A stretch of DNA of 64,000 nt from Minisyncoccota bacterium (GTDB lineage Bacteria > Patescibacteriota > Minisyncoccia > Phycocordibacterales > UBA9973). Every line of letters starts with the position of its first letter. Within the stretch, counting starts at the first letter, position 1. Shown piece by piece: positions 48,990 through 57,208 of the stretch. The notes under the pieces are model-generated. The model was not told where the DNA came from, searched no databases, and saw nothing but the letters and a program-made list of their open reading frames with translations. Location: assembly GCA_018061035.1 (NCBI GenBank), contig JAGOUX010000001.1:76249-140248 (forward strand), in the 5' to 3' direction. A program made the translations under genes and the position numbers.

Positions 48990-49160
48990 CCTTAGGTATC
49001 CCTTAAGGTATGGCCGCAAGACCCATGGAAAGTACTGAACCCTACGTTCAGCGCTCTTCCATGGGCCGTATCTGGAAACGGATACGGGGTCGCAAGACCC
49101 AGCTGGCGTGGGGTTCTGTGCGTTCTCACGCTAGCTATTATTAGCTAGCTTTTATTTTTT
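48990..49160 (+). ncRNA. candidate structured RNA (GC-rich, multi-hairpin) ending in a strong intrinsic terminator
   Basis: Hairpins include CCCATGGAA...TTCCATGGG, CTGAAC/GTTCAG, GTATC/GATAC and GGGTC-GCAA-GACCC (GNRA loop). The terminator is GCTAGCT-attatt-AGCTAGC followed by TTTTATTTTTT. GC content is far above background. Confidence 0.3.
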
Positions 49161-49331
49161 ATGGTAACACTTTATTTGTGGGAAAAAGTAGTTTTAGGAG
49201 TAGTAGCTCTAGTATCGTTTGTTGCCGGAGTACAAACAGGTGGAATTATTGACGGTGTAATGGCGATGGCTATTAATACTCTTATTGCCTTTGTTCTATT
49301 TAAGGTTGGCAATAGAACTTTTAGGAGAAAA
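49161..49331 (+). CDS. small hydrophobic peptide (56 aa, 2 TM)
   Basis: ATG immediately after the terminator T-run. Sequence MVTLYLWEKVVLGVVALVSFVAG... Confidence 0.3.
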
Positions 49332-49338
49332 AAGTAAC

Positions 49339-49518
49339 ATGGAAGAAGATAATTGGAAACACACTCTGATTGGGTTGTTCATATTTATTGCAATCTGTCT
49401 TTTGGCTGGTTGGCTAAGTGAAAGGTTCCATGAACCTAAAGATTTGTGGGAATGTAATGGTGCTAATTCTCATCTTGATGACAACTTGCCGAAGTGTCCA
49501 TCTTGGATGTTTAAATAG
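49339..49518 (+). CDS. small hydrophobic peptide (59 aa, 1 TM)
   Basis: AGGAG RBS. Sequence MEEDNWKHTLIGLFIFIAICLLAGWL... The listed ORF has an in-frame upstream extension from 49285. Confidence 0.35.
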   Translation: MEEDNWKHTLIGLFIFIAICLLAGWLSERFHEPKDLWECNGANSHLDDNLPKCPSWMFK

Positions 49519-52500
49519 TTACAGCTCCCAATATTTACTTGGATTCCTCTCCCGTAATATATTTATTATCTTTTTAGCATCTTTGTTGGTTTTTGATAGT
49601 TCTTTAATAGTAGATACTAAATGGTCCGACTCATGAAGTTCTATTCCTTTAGGAAAGGAGAAGAATATTTTTGCAGCCTGCATGAAGTTATCTTTGCCTA
49701 CTTTTTCGTACAATAATTCCATAATATTGGTATGATACAGAGAAGGATACCAATAAACTTCTGATCTATTCCCTTTTTTTAGTTCTTTTTCGTAAAATTT
49801 CTTTTCAATCTTTAAACATTTAACTAACAAGTTAAACCATTTACTACTATGCTTATCTACACTCCTGAATTTATGCTCAATAGTCTGGTAAATCAAATTG
49901 AAAATGTTATGTGCATAAACGTCTGAAAGTAAGTCAAAGTATTCAATCGTCAAATTAATACATTTATCTATGTTATCTTCAGGTGAAACTTCACGCATCG
50001 TGTGTTCAGCCATTGAAGCAAATCGAAAACAACTATCCGGATTTTCTTTTTGTAATTTTTTTATAGTTTTAATTAAAATCGCCTTGAATTTTCTTTGATC
50101 GTATTTTTCTGGGCCTAAATCGTCATACAACCCTGGGGCACTAAATCTCCATTTTTTATATGTATTTTTCCTAAACTCAGCATAATATAAGAACAAGGCC
50201 GCAGACTCTTCCGTAACGTCTATTGGTAATTTAGTGAGAGCATTAACTAATCGAAGGGCTTCTGTCTCATTAAGCGAGCGTATACGATCAAAAACATGCA
50301 ATACACTCTTTGTCATAGCTTTTTGGACATTTAAGGGCCACAGAATCAACCTATCTAATAAATCGAATGCTATGTTTTCAATATCTTTTGATATTTGTAG
50401 AGCTTTCTTTTTATCGTTATTAAGAAATAAGGTATCACGATCACTCGGTAAAACTGTTAGGCGCACAGAGGCAAGCTGAGCAAGAGCATAGGATCCCATA
50501 TGTATTGCATAATAGTTTTTATCTTGCACTAATCTTTCGGTCAGATTAATTATCTTTCCTAAAAATTCTCTCCCTTCTAGCACAGAGCAGTTCATTAAAA
50601 CCCATCCACACCAACCCCTGACAGATGTAATACTGTGAGGTTCTTTTCCTCCCTCTATTCTCTTATGTTCATTATGTTCGTTATTTTTTTCTTGAGGATC
50701 TTGGCCAGGCATGTATGGATCAGGATCTTCCATAAAAATTTCAACAACTCTTAATGCCTCTTTTATTTTTTTATATTTAGCTAGCCTGTCAGCAAATTGT
50801 AAAATCGCAGACCTATGGCCTCCGATAGGAAATCTAATATATATTTTCTCTATATTGTTATCTAACTCGTTCAAAGCAGGATTTACAATATTCTCATATA
50901 TTTGCATAGTTGTTTCTTCACTATCTTTTGTGTTTTCATTTATATTGAGAAGACCATGAGTGTAGATAGCTTGTTGGTCTGGGCTAAGTACTTTTTTGCT
51001 TTCAAGTAGTCTAAAAATATCCAAACCCTGTGAGAAATCTTTCAATAAAATGTCATGCAAAAGACGAGCAAGTTCAAAAGCACTAAAGTGATCGCTCTTT
51101 TCTGACTCTCGATATTCACTTGTTATAACTAACTTGAATAAATAGATAGCAAAATCAATATCATTTTCTAGGAAGTTTCTAATTGTCGAAGTAGTATCCA
51201 TATCTGACATGAAACGATTATAATACTTAGGATTTTTGAACCATTTTTTTAATTCTTCGCGAGCTTTCTCATGACCTTTTTTTGCTAACTCACTTACAAC
51301 TTTTTCTACAAATGGATTAACTGGCACATTATATTTTTCCGTAGTTAATCTGATTAAATTCCACTTCTTAGAATCTGAAATGGTCGAACCCATTGTTGCC
51401 TGATAAATTAAATCGGATTTATGAGGAATACCTTTTCTCGACATAACAAACTCCCTCAGTATCTTAAATGCTTCTCCTGATATTTTTAGGTCTTCACTAG
51501 AATAACGCTGAAAAACAATTTCATATACAGATCTATTTAAGAAATCTGGTCTGTTTTTTGAAACTTTACTGGTTTGGTTAATGCAATAACTTTTAATAAA
51601 CTTCCAGCCCTTAGTTTTATCTTTATTGTAATATTGTAAAATACATGGAGCGAGAATAAATCCAATAAAATGCCTGTCTTCGATGTGATAATTACTTCCC
51701 CAGAAAGCTGTACCCCCACCCATGTGCTCCCAACCCTTAAATTCAAGCTTCTTACCAATCTTTTTGTAGTAGCGATCAAACTGACCAATAATTACTTTCA
51801 ACAAAACAGGAAATCTATGAGGAAAATCTTCATTTAGCCATTCTTTTAGAATATCGTAGACTTCTTTTGGGGCGTAATGATTAAACTGGCCATCGTCACG
51901 TGTGATGTTGAAAGAAGAAGTAAGTAACTTAAATATTTTCTGTTTTAATTCAAAATCTCCTTGTTTAAATATTTGGCCAATAAGCTTACAAACTTCTGCC
52001 TTCTCCCATTCCAAGTGGCTGTCATTATTACTCTTTAAGTAGAAAAATTCATCTTTATTGTAGCTAATAAGATCTTGTGTGATATTAAAAGCAATATTTA
52101 AATAATTTTCCCCATCTTTATTTTCGATAATTTTCTTCAAAATTTTAATAACTGACGTACTAAAGAAATCTGAAGAACTATAATACCCCCTAATAGTTCT
52201 AGAATGACTTTTAATATAGCTAAGTGCGTATTCTTTATTTTTTATCGTTGTTAAATTATTTTCAAAAACATTAAAAATACCAAAGGAAAATGGGTGCACC
52301 TTGTTTAACTTCCACAAACTACTCCATTTCCTCAAATCTAAGTCCTGACGATTCTTTAGACGGTCCATAGCAAATGACATAAGATCCCATCTGGCCGAAA
52401 AGGCAGACAGAGAACCAGTACCCCATTTAATACCCTTATGTCCATTTATATTTTTTTCTAAAAGAAAAAATTGTTTCTTCTTTTTATTTTGATTATTGAA

Positions 52501-53127
52501 ATAATCGCTTCTTTCCTCAACTCTAGTCCTTAAAGCAATTACATCTTGATTAAAATCAACACGAGAGTAAGTGGAGCCTGTAGTTGATTTTTTGAAAATG
52601 TTATTTTTAAAAATACTGTCAGTAAATTCCTTTACATCTTCTTCAGGAAGCCAAAATTTAATAGCATCAGCAACTAAAGAATAATTTAATTCCTCGTCAA
52701 TTTTTTCTGATAGTTTCCAAAATTTAACTTTAGATAAAAGTTCAATACATTCATCACTATAACCTTTTCTCTTAAAAAAACTTTTAATATCTTCAAAATA
52801 TTTAATATTTTTAACTTTAGATTCTAAATCAGTACTAAGCTTTTTGCAAACTATCAAGATTTCATCCTGAACTCCAATTGATTTTTTCTTTTCTATGTTC
52901 TCTAAAATTTCTTTAAGTTGAGCATAGTCTAAATTAACTCCTTTATATTTTGATTCACAGACTATTTTTTTATCTTCTGCAAAAACAAGATCGAAATCCT
53001 CAGATTTACTTGATTCTAAATGAATATATGAAAATCTATGATCACGCAAAAACTGCAAGAATAAAGACATAGCTGCCCAATTCTGTACGTATATTCCTAT
53101 TTGTGTATTTTGTCCGGCTTTAGTCAT
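49519..53127 (-). CDS. 1202-aa protein: N-terminal PD-(D/E)xK-like nuclease domain plus a long alpha-helical repeat region, no NTPase motifs
   Basis: The N-terminus has a G-I-Y-V-Q...EDFDLVF...CESK signature that aligns with the N-terminus of the upstream 268-aa protein. I found no Walker A. It is translationally coupled, lying 4 nt after the upstream gene. Confidence 0.75.
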   Translation of the reverse strand: MTKAGQNTQIGIYVQNWAAMSLFLQFLRDHRFSYIHLESSKSEDFDLVFAEDKKIVCESKYKGVNLDYAQLKEILENIEKKKSIGVQDEILIVCKKLSTDLESKVKNIKYFEDIKSFFKRKGYSDECIELLSKVKFWKLSEKIDEELNYSLVADAIKFWLPEEDVKEFTDSIFKNNIFKKSTTGSTYSRVDFNQDVIALRTRVEERSDYFNNQNKKKKQFFLLEKNINGHKGIKWGTGSLSAFSARWDLMSFAMDRLKNRQDLDLRKWSSLWKLNKVHPFSFGIFNVFENNLTTIKNKEYALSYIKSHSRTIRGYYSSSDFFSTSVIKILKKIIENKDGENYLNIAFNITQDLISYNKDEFFYLKSNNDSHLEWEKAEVCKLIGQIFKQGDFELKQKIFKLLTSSFNITRDDGQFNHYAPKEVYDILKEWLNEDFPHRFPVLLKVIIGQFDRYYKKIGKKLEFKGWEHMGGGTAFWGSNYHIEDRHFIGFILAPCILQYYNKDKTKGWKFIKSYCINQTSKVSKNRPDFLNRSVYEIVFQRYSSEDLKISGEAFKILREFVMSRKGIPHKSDLIYQATMGSTISDSKKWNLIRLTTEKYNVPVNPFVEKVVSELAKKGHEKAREELKKWFKNPKYYNRFMSDMDTTSTIRNFLENDIDFAIYLFKLVITSEYRESEKSDHFSAFELARLLHDILLKDFSQGLDIFRLLESKKVLSPDQQAIYTHGLLNINENTKDSEETTMQIYENIVNPALNELDNNIEKIYIRFPIGGHRSAILQFADRLAKYKKIKEALRVVEIFMEDPDPYMPGQDPQEKNNEHNEHKRIEGGKEPHSITSVRGWCGWVLMNCSVLEGREFLGKIINLTERLVQDKNYYAIHMGSYALAQLASVRLTVLPSDRDTLFLNNDKKKALQISKDIENIAFDLLDRLILWPLNVQKAMTKSVLHVFDRIRSLNETEALRLVNALTKLPIDVTEESAALFLYYAEFRKNTYKKWRFSAPGLYDDLGPEKYDQRKFKAILIKTIKKLQKENPDSCFRFASMAEHTMREVSPEDNIDKCINLTIEYFDLLSDVYAHNIFNLIYQTIEHKFRSVDKHSSKWFNLLVKCLKIEKKFYEKELKKGNRSEVYWYPSLYHTNIMELLYEKVGKDNFMQAAKIFFSFPKGIELHESDHLVSTIKELSKTNKDAKKIINILRERNPSKYWEL

Positions 53128-53131
53128 ATAT

Positions 53132-53938
53132 TTATGATTTTATGGCTTCTCCTTCTTTATTCTTATCTTTTTTAATCTTAATTGGATTCGCCCTCATTCT
53201 ATCATCAATAATTTTATTGATAACATCCAAAGGTAACCTTACCTCAGTTGAGTGAAGACCTTCTTTAAGTAAATTTGATCCACGAAAACTTACAAGAAAA
53301 TCATTTATGAGATCTTTAATATTCCCCACAGAATAGATTCTTTCCAAGGAGTTCCCTTTACAGGAAATTTTATCTATCTCATCCCTGAGTCTGGCTATAA
53401 AACTTCTTACCGCCTCAGTATGTATGTCAGAACCTGGCCCTAGTGCCTTTTTAAGTATCTCAGTCGCCGCCAAAAGAACTAGTCCGTCAATTTGTCTGTG
53501 GTCATAAGCTAAATAATCAATTTCAATCCGATTTTTATCTATTCCTTTTAATGATGCTTCTATAAATCTTTTAGTTGCAGTGCTATATTTAATACCCCTA
53601 TCGTCTCCTCTAATATTTAAAAATAAATAGGCAAGAGATTTTGAAGGGTTTTTTGTAAAGATAAATTTAAAAGAGCTGTCCTTTTTGCTTGATTGTGTCG
53701 CCTTGCTAAAATAATACAATAGAATATTATTAGTTTCCTTGGCAGTTAAGCCCACTAAGCTTGATTTAACTTGATACCCAGCAAAGCTCGACTTACTCCA
53801 AATTTCAAAGTCCATTTTATCCTGCTCACAAAATACTTGTTCAAATTCTGCGTTATTACCTAAATTTTCTAAGGCAAAATAAACAGAACATAAATCTTGA
53901 TACCTGAAACCAGTTTTTGCTGATGGTCCTCCGCTCAT
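53132..53938 (-). CDS. 268-aa protein with an N-terminal PD-(D/E)xK-like (DUF4297/Cap4-nuclease-like) domain
   Basis: GFRYQDLCSVYFAL ... MDFEIW ... YQVK, i.e. D...(Q/E)xK spacing. It is paralogous to the N-terminus of the 1202-aa protein. Confidence 0.7.
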   Translation of the reverse strand: MSGGPSAKTGFRYQDLCSVYFALENLGNNAEFEQVFCEQDKMDFEIWSKSSFAGYQVKSSLVGLTAKETNNILLYYFSKATQSSKKDSSFKFIFTKNPSKSLAYLFLNIRGDDRGIKYSTATKRFIEASLKGIDKNRIEIDYLAYDHRQIDGLVLLAATEILKKALGPGSDIHTEAVRSFIARLRDEIDKISCKGNSLERIYSVGNIKDLINDFLVSFRGSNLLKEGLHSTEVRLPLDVINKIIDDRMRANPIKIKKDKNKEGEAIKS

Positions 53939-53959
53939 AATAATTAATACATTCTAGCA

Positions 53960-53999
53960 TTTAAATTAAAAATTGCTTGCTTTTAGGTGAGGTAAGCAA
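53960..53999 (-). terminator. terminator-like hairpin separating the upstream operon from the nuclease-pair operon
   Basis: On the minus strand, TTGCTTAC-N12-GCAAGCAA is followed by TTTTTAATTT. Confidence 0.45.
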
Positions 54000-54063
54000 T
54001 GGATATCCGCTCCATGCACATGACAGGTACTTTTCTGGTTTATAGTACGTGTAGGATCAGATC

Positions 54064-54462
54064 TTAGTGATAATTTATATATTGACCATACAGAGAATCC
54101 GCAATCATTTCCTTTAAAGTATCGAATTTCCGCACCCCTTCCTCTAAACTCTTAATCTTTTGCCAAACCTCATTCTCTGCCCCAACATTTATATCTAACT
54201 TATTTATATCATCCTCAAAAACAACATAAATCGTATAAGCATTTACTGCATCGTGCCAAGCATTACCTTTCACACTCGTCCGCAAAATGTCTACGAAAGG
54301 AAGTATCTCTGCTTCTGGCACAACAACCAAAAACTTATCCTTCTCATCTACCTCAAACGCTATGCCTTTTATCTTTGAAACTTCAGCTTTAAGTGAATCA
54401 AAGTCCTTAGACCAGACTCGTTTAATGTAACATACGAAAGAGTTATTGATTATATTTTCCAT
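54064..54462 (-). CDS. hypothetical protein
   Basis: 132 aa. It is the last gene of the ABC-F operon, 13 nt after the DUF1905 gene. Confidence 0.45.
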   Translation of the reverse strand: MENIINNSFVCYIKRVWSKDFDSLKAEVSKIKGIAFEVDEKDKFLVVVPEAEILPFVDILRTSVKGNAWHDAVNAYTIYVVFEDDINKLDINVGAENEVWQKIKSLEEGVRKFDTLKEMIADSLYGQYINYH

Positions 54463-54475
54463 ATATTCCAGTATA

Positions 54476-54790
54476 CTAAACTAAGATCTTTATACTAAAC
54501 TTAATTAAATCACCTTTATAAACACCTTCCTTTTTGCGAATAGTAGCTTTAAGCGGAACAAGATAACTGTCCGTTCGAGAATCAAGGAATATTGAAGTTT
54601 GCCAGATGCTTTTACCAATAGTCACTGACACAGGCAGCGAACGCCAGCCGCGAGACAGTGCACCGAAGTCTTTTTTAATCTGGGTAGTTTCTTTTTGTGG
54701 AATACTTACGAAATGCCAAGGAGCATTAGTGTCATAACCCCAAAGCCAGACTTCACCATTTAATTTTAAGTTATTGTTCTTCTTTGGCAT
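54476..54790 (-). CDS. DUF1905 domain protein
   Basis: W.WGYD...WHFVSIP.E.T..IKK......GWRSLPVSVTIGKSIWQTSIF......YLVPLKATIRKKEGVYKGD matches the DUF1905 consensus as I recall it. Confidence 0.6.
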   Translation of the reverse strand: MPKKNNNLKLNGEVWLWGYDTNAPWHFVSIPQKETTQIKKDFGALSRGWRSLPVSVTIGKSIWQTSIFLDSRTDSYLVPLKATIRKKEGVYKGDLIKFSIKILV

Positions 54791-54794
54791 AACT

Positions 54795-55202
54795 CTATTT
54801 ATTTCTTAAATATTCTTCTATTAAAACAACATCTTGTGCAGTTTTTGGTTTTTTGTCTCCTTCTTTAAGCCATTGTTTTTTAACGATAAGTAGAAACTCA
54901 AGTGAGTTATATCGTACCCCGTCTATAACAGTAGTCTTATCAAGTACTTGTTCAAGATTGAAAGATTCGCCGAGTGGTTTCCAGTTTGGACCTATTTCAA
55001 AAACTCCGTCAGTAAGCACGTCTTCTTTTTCGCCTCTTTTAAAGCGAAGATTTTTAGACAATTCTGTAAACTTTTTTTCCGTAACAACAACGTCAATATC
55101 AGCACTTTTACGAATGCCTAGGACTTCTAAAATACCCGAACCAATGACGATAGAATTATCGGTATCAAGTCCAATTTCTTTTAATTTATCTTTAAGATTC
55201 AT
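54795..55202 (-). CDS. minimal nucleotidyltransferase (Lnu/LinA-like or MNT-like fold)
   Basis: IVIGSGILEVLGIRKSADIDVVV matches the hG[GS]-x9-DhD NTase motif. It resembles the LnuA segment WLDGGWGVDVLTGKQQREHRDIDID. Confidence 0.5.
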   Translation of the reverse strand: MNLKDKLKEIGLDTDNSIVIGSGILEVLGIRKSADIDVVVTEKKFTELSKNLRFKRGEKEDVLTDGVFEIGPNWKPLGESFNLEQVLDKTTVIDGVRYNSLEFLLIVKKQWLKEGDKKPKTAQDVVLIEEYLRNK

Positions 55203-55266
55203 GTTTTGTAGTATACCAGCTTATAATACTTTTTTCCTAGATAGCACTTGAAATACTTTGGGCTTT

Positions 55267-56628
55267 TTAAAAGTCATTAAGACGTTCTTTTAGCCAGCCA
55301 TTTTCAGGGTAAATAAATTTATCTACCTCAATTTTACTAGTAAAGTATCTATCGTGCGAGACTACAAGAATCGCACCTTGGTATTCCATAAGTGCGTTTT
55401 CAATTACCTCCCTCGACTGTATATCTAAGTGATTTGTCGGTTCATCCAAAACCAATAGCTCGTGCTTCTGATTTGTCAGTTTTGCAAATATAAGACGAAC
55501 TCGTTCACCATGACTAAGTGATGATACTTTTTTAAACACAGCTTGATCCGAAAAAAGAAAAGCTCCGAGAACTTGTCGTGGATCTTTTGAAGTTATTAAA
55601 CTAGAAGTACTCAAGAATTCTTCCAGTACGGTCTTGTTAACATCGAGCTGTTCGTGCTCTTGTGCAAAATATCCAATAGACACATTAGTCCCGATTTTTA
55701 TTTCACCGCTATCTGGTTTTAAATCACCTGTGATTATTTTAAGTAATGTAGTTTTACCTGAACCATTATTTCCCGACAACAGTATTTTCTCTTTTCCTCT
55801 AATCTCAAAAGAAACATTCTTAAGTACAGGTTTTTGGTTAAAACTTTTTACAAGGTTATCACATCGCAAAACAAGTTTTGTATTTGCTACTTCGCCAAGA
55901 ATATTCACTCCTTTGATTTTCTTAAAGCTTTCTGGTTTTTTAATCTCCTTGTTGTGAATTTCTCTTTCTAGATATTTTTCTTTGGCACGAATCATCTTTC
56001 CCTTGCTAGCACTAGAGTAAATTGAGGCTTCCTGTTTTTTGAGAACTAGCCAATTTTCGAGTCGTTTCTTTTCTCTCTGTTGTAATCTATATGAGTTTTC
56101 TTGTCTTTCAGTACTTCTCTTTTTCTCAGTTATGTAATTGGTATATCCACCCAGATATTCATTAAAAGAATTGTTGACGGGATCAATTTCCAATATTTTG
56201 TTTACAGTATTATCAAGCAACCGCCTGTCATGGGAAATGACCAGCACACAGCCCCTAAAGTTCTTTATGACGTCCTCAAGCCACAGAATTGCGTCTAGAT
56301 CCAAGTGATTGGTCGGCTCATCTAAAAGAAGCACTGTTGGTTTTTCTTTCAAGATGGTTTCTAAAGCTAGACGAGTTTTCTGCCCACCACTTAACTTTGA
56401 GTCATTAAATACTATTTGCTGAGGAAGATAACCTATGCGTTCATTCTCTATTTTGATTAAGCCATTATCGATTTCGACTTCACCGACGATTGCTTTAAGT
56501 AAAGTAGATTTACCTGCACCATTTGGTCCTACTAGCCCGATACGATCACCTCTATGCAACACAAAAGAAACCTTTTCAAAAAGATTCTCACCTGCAATAC
56601 TTACGCTTACGTTTTTTATGATTATCAT
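55267..56628 (-). CDS. ABC-F family ATPase (two tandem NBDs, no TMD), compact at 453 aa
   Basis: NBD1 has GPNGAGKST, LSGGQK, LLLDEPTNHLD and SHDR. An inter-domain linker of about 75 aa follows. NBD2 has GNNGSGKTT, LSHGER, LVLDEPTNHLD and SHDR. Confidence 0.8.
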   Translation of the reverse strand: MIIIKNVSVSIAGENLFEKVSFVLHRGDRIGLVGPNGAGKSTLLKAIVGEVEIDNGLIKIENERIGYLPQQIVFNDSKLSGGQKTRLALETILKEKPTVLLLDEPTNHLDLDAILWLEDVIKNFRGCVLVISHDRRLLDNTVNKILEIDPVNNSFNEYLGGYTNYITEKKRSTERQENSYRLQQREKKRLENWLVLKKQEASIYSSASKGKMIRAKEKYLEREIHNKEIKKPESFKKIKGVNILGEVANTKLVLRCDNLVKSFNQKPVLKNVSFEIRGKEKILLSGNNGSGKTTLLKIITGDLKPDSGEIKIGTNVSIGYFAQEHEQLDVNKTVLEEFLSTSSLITSKDPRQVLGAFLFSDQAVFKKVSSLSHGERVRLIFAKLTNQKHELLVLDEPTNHLDIQSREVIENALMEYQGAILVVSHDRYFTSKIEVDKFIYPENGWLKERLNDF

Positions 56629-56629
56629 G

Positions 56630-56690
56630 TTTAGTAGAAAAAAGACCCAATAGAAATTCTGTTGGGTCTTTTTTCTTTATATATTTAGTA
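56630..56690. terminator. bidirectional terminator hairpin (AGACCCAA-N12-TTGGGTCT flanked by A/T runs)
   Basis: Read directly from the sequence. It lies between the HIT operon end and the ABC-F start. Confidence 0.5.
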
Positions 56691-56844
56691 ATTAATTAGT
56701 GTTTAAAAAGAAAAGTTCCCGCGTCGAAAAAGCCCACGGATGTGAAGCCCTCAAAGTTTTTGAACAAGAATAATTCTTTTCGTTTCATGTGTTGTAATAA
56801 TAACATATCAGAAAACATATACAACTTCAACTTTCCAAACAATT

Positions 56845-57204
56845 CTATAAACCCTGCTTAATCCACATATCTAAACCATCATTTGGAAAACGAGGCACAA
56901 CATGAAAATGTAAGTGATTTACAGATTGTTGAGCGTCTTTGCCAGAAGCATTAAGTATGTTTACACCAGTTGCTCCGGTTTCATTAAGTAAGTGGCAACT
57001 TAATTCTTTAGTCACAGAAATAACCTCTCTTAAAACTGAATCATCCACATCAAAAATGTTTTCAAAGTGATTCCTTGGTATTACGAGAGTATGGCCTTTT
57101 GATACTTGATCGAGAGGAAGGATTGCTAAAACTAAGTCATTTTCAAATGTAATTTGAGCTGGAGCTTCTTTTTTTATTATGTTACAAAAAATACAATTGC
57201 TCAT
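56845..57204 (-). CDS. HIT (histidine triad) family protein
   Basis: HLHFHVVPR histidine-triad motif. 119 aa. Confidence 0.8.
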   Translation of the reverse strand: MSNCIFCNIIKKEAPAQITFENDLVLAILPLDQVSKGHTLVIPRNHFENIFDVDDSVLREVISVTKELSCHLLNETGATGVNILNASGKDAQQSVNHLHFHVVPRFPNDGLDMWIKQGL

Positions 57205-57208
57205 GGAT

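Larger units (their letters stand above)
43314..56690. mobile_element. putative integrated element (serine-recombinase type): recombinase, excisionase, Prim-Pol/helicase replicase and cargo operons
   Basis: The recombinase gene abuts and overlaps the ychF start. The gene complement is typical of an integrative element. The right boundary is only approximate, taken at the bidirectional terminator at about 56640-56690. Confidence 0.5.

Noticed and set aside
49060-49105. Group II intron domain V in the structured RNA (CCGTATC...GGAAAC...GATACGG)
   Set aside because: The stem is only 7 bp, with no AGC triad or bulge geometry and no intron-encoded RT nearby.
49519-53127. The 1202-aa protein as a Hachiman HamB helicase, a STAND/Avs NTPase or a Lamassu SMC-like LmuB
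   Set aside because: I found no Walker A/B, DEAH or arginine-finger motifs on reading the full translation. It is therefore kept as a novel non-NTPase partner.
54064-54462. HEPN toxin partner for the MNT-like nucleotidyltransferase
   Set aside because: The only R-x(n)-H candidate (RTSVKGNAWH) has 8 intervening residues, outside the usual Rx4-6H spacing. There is no other HEPN-like ORF in the operon.
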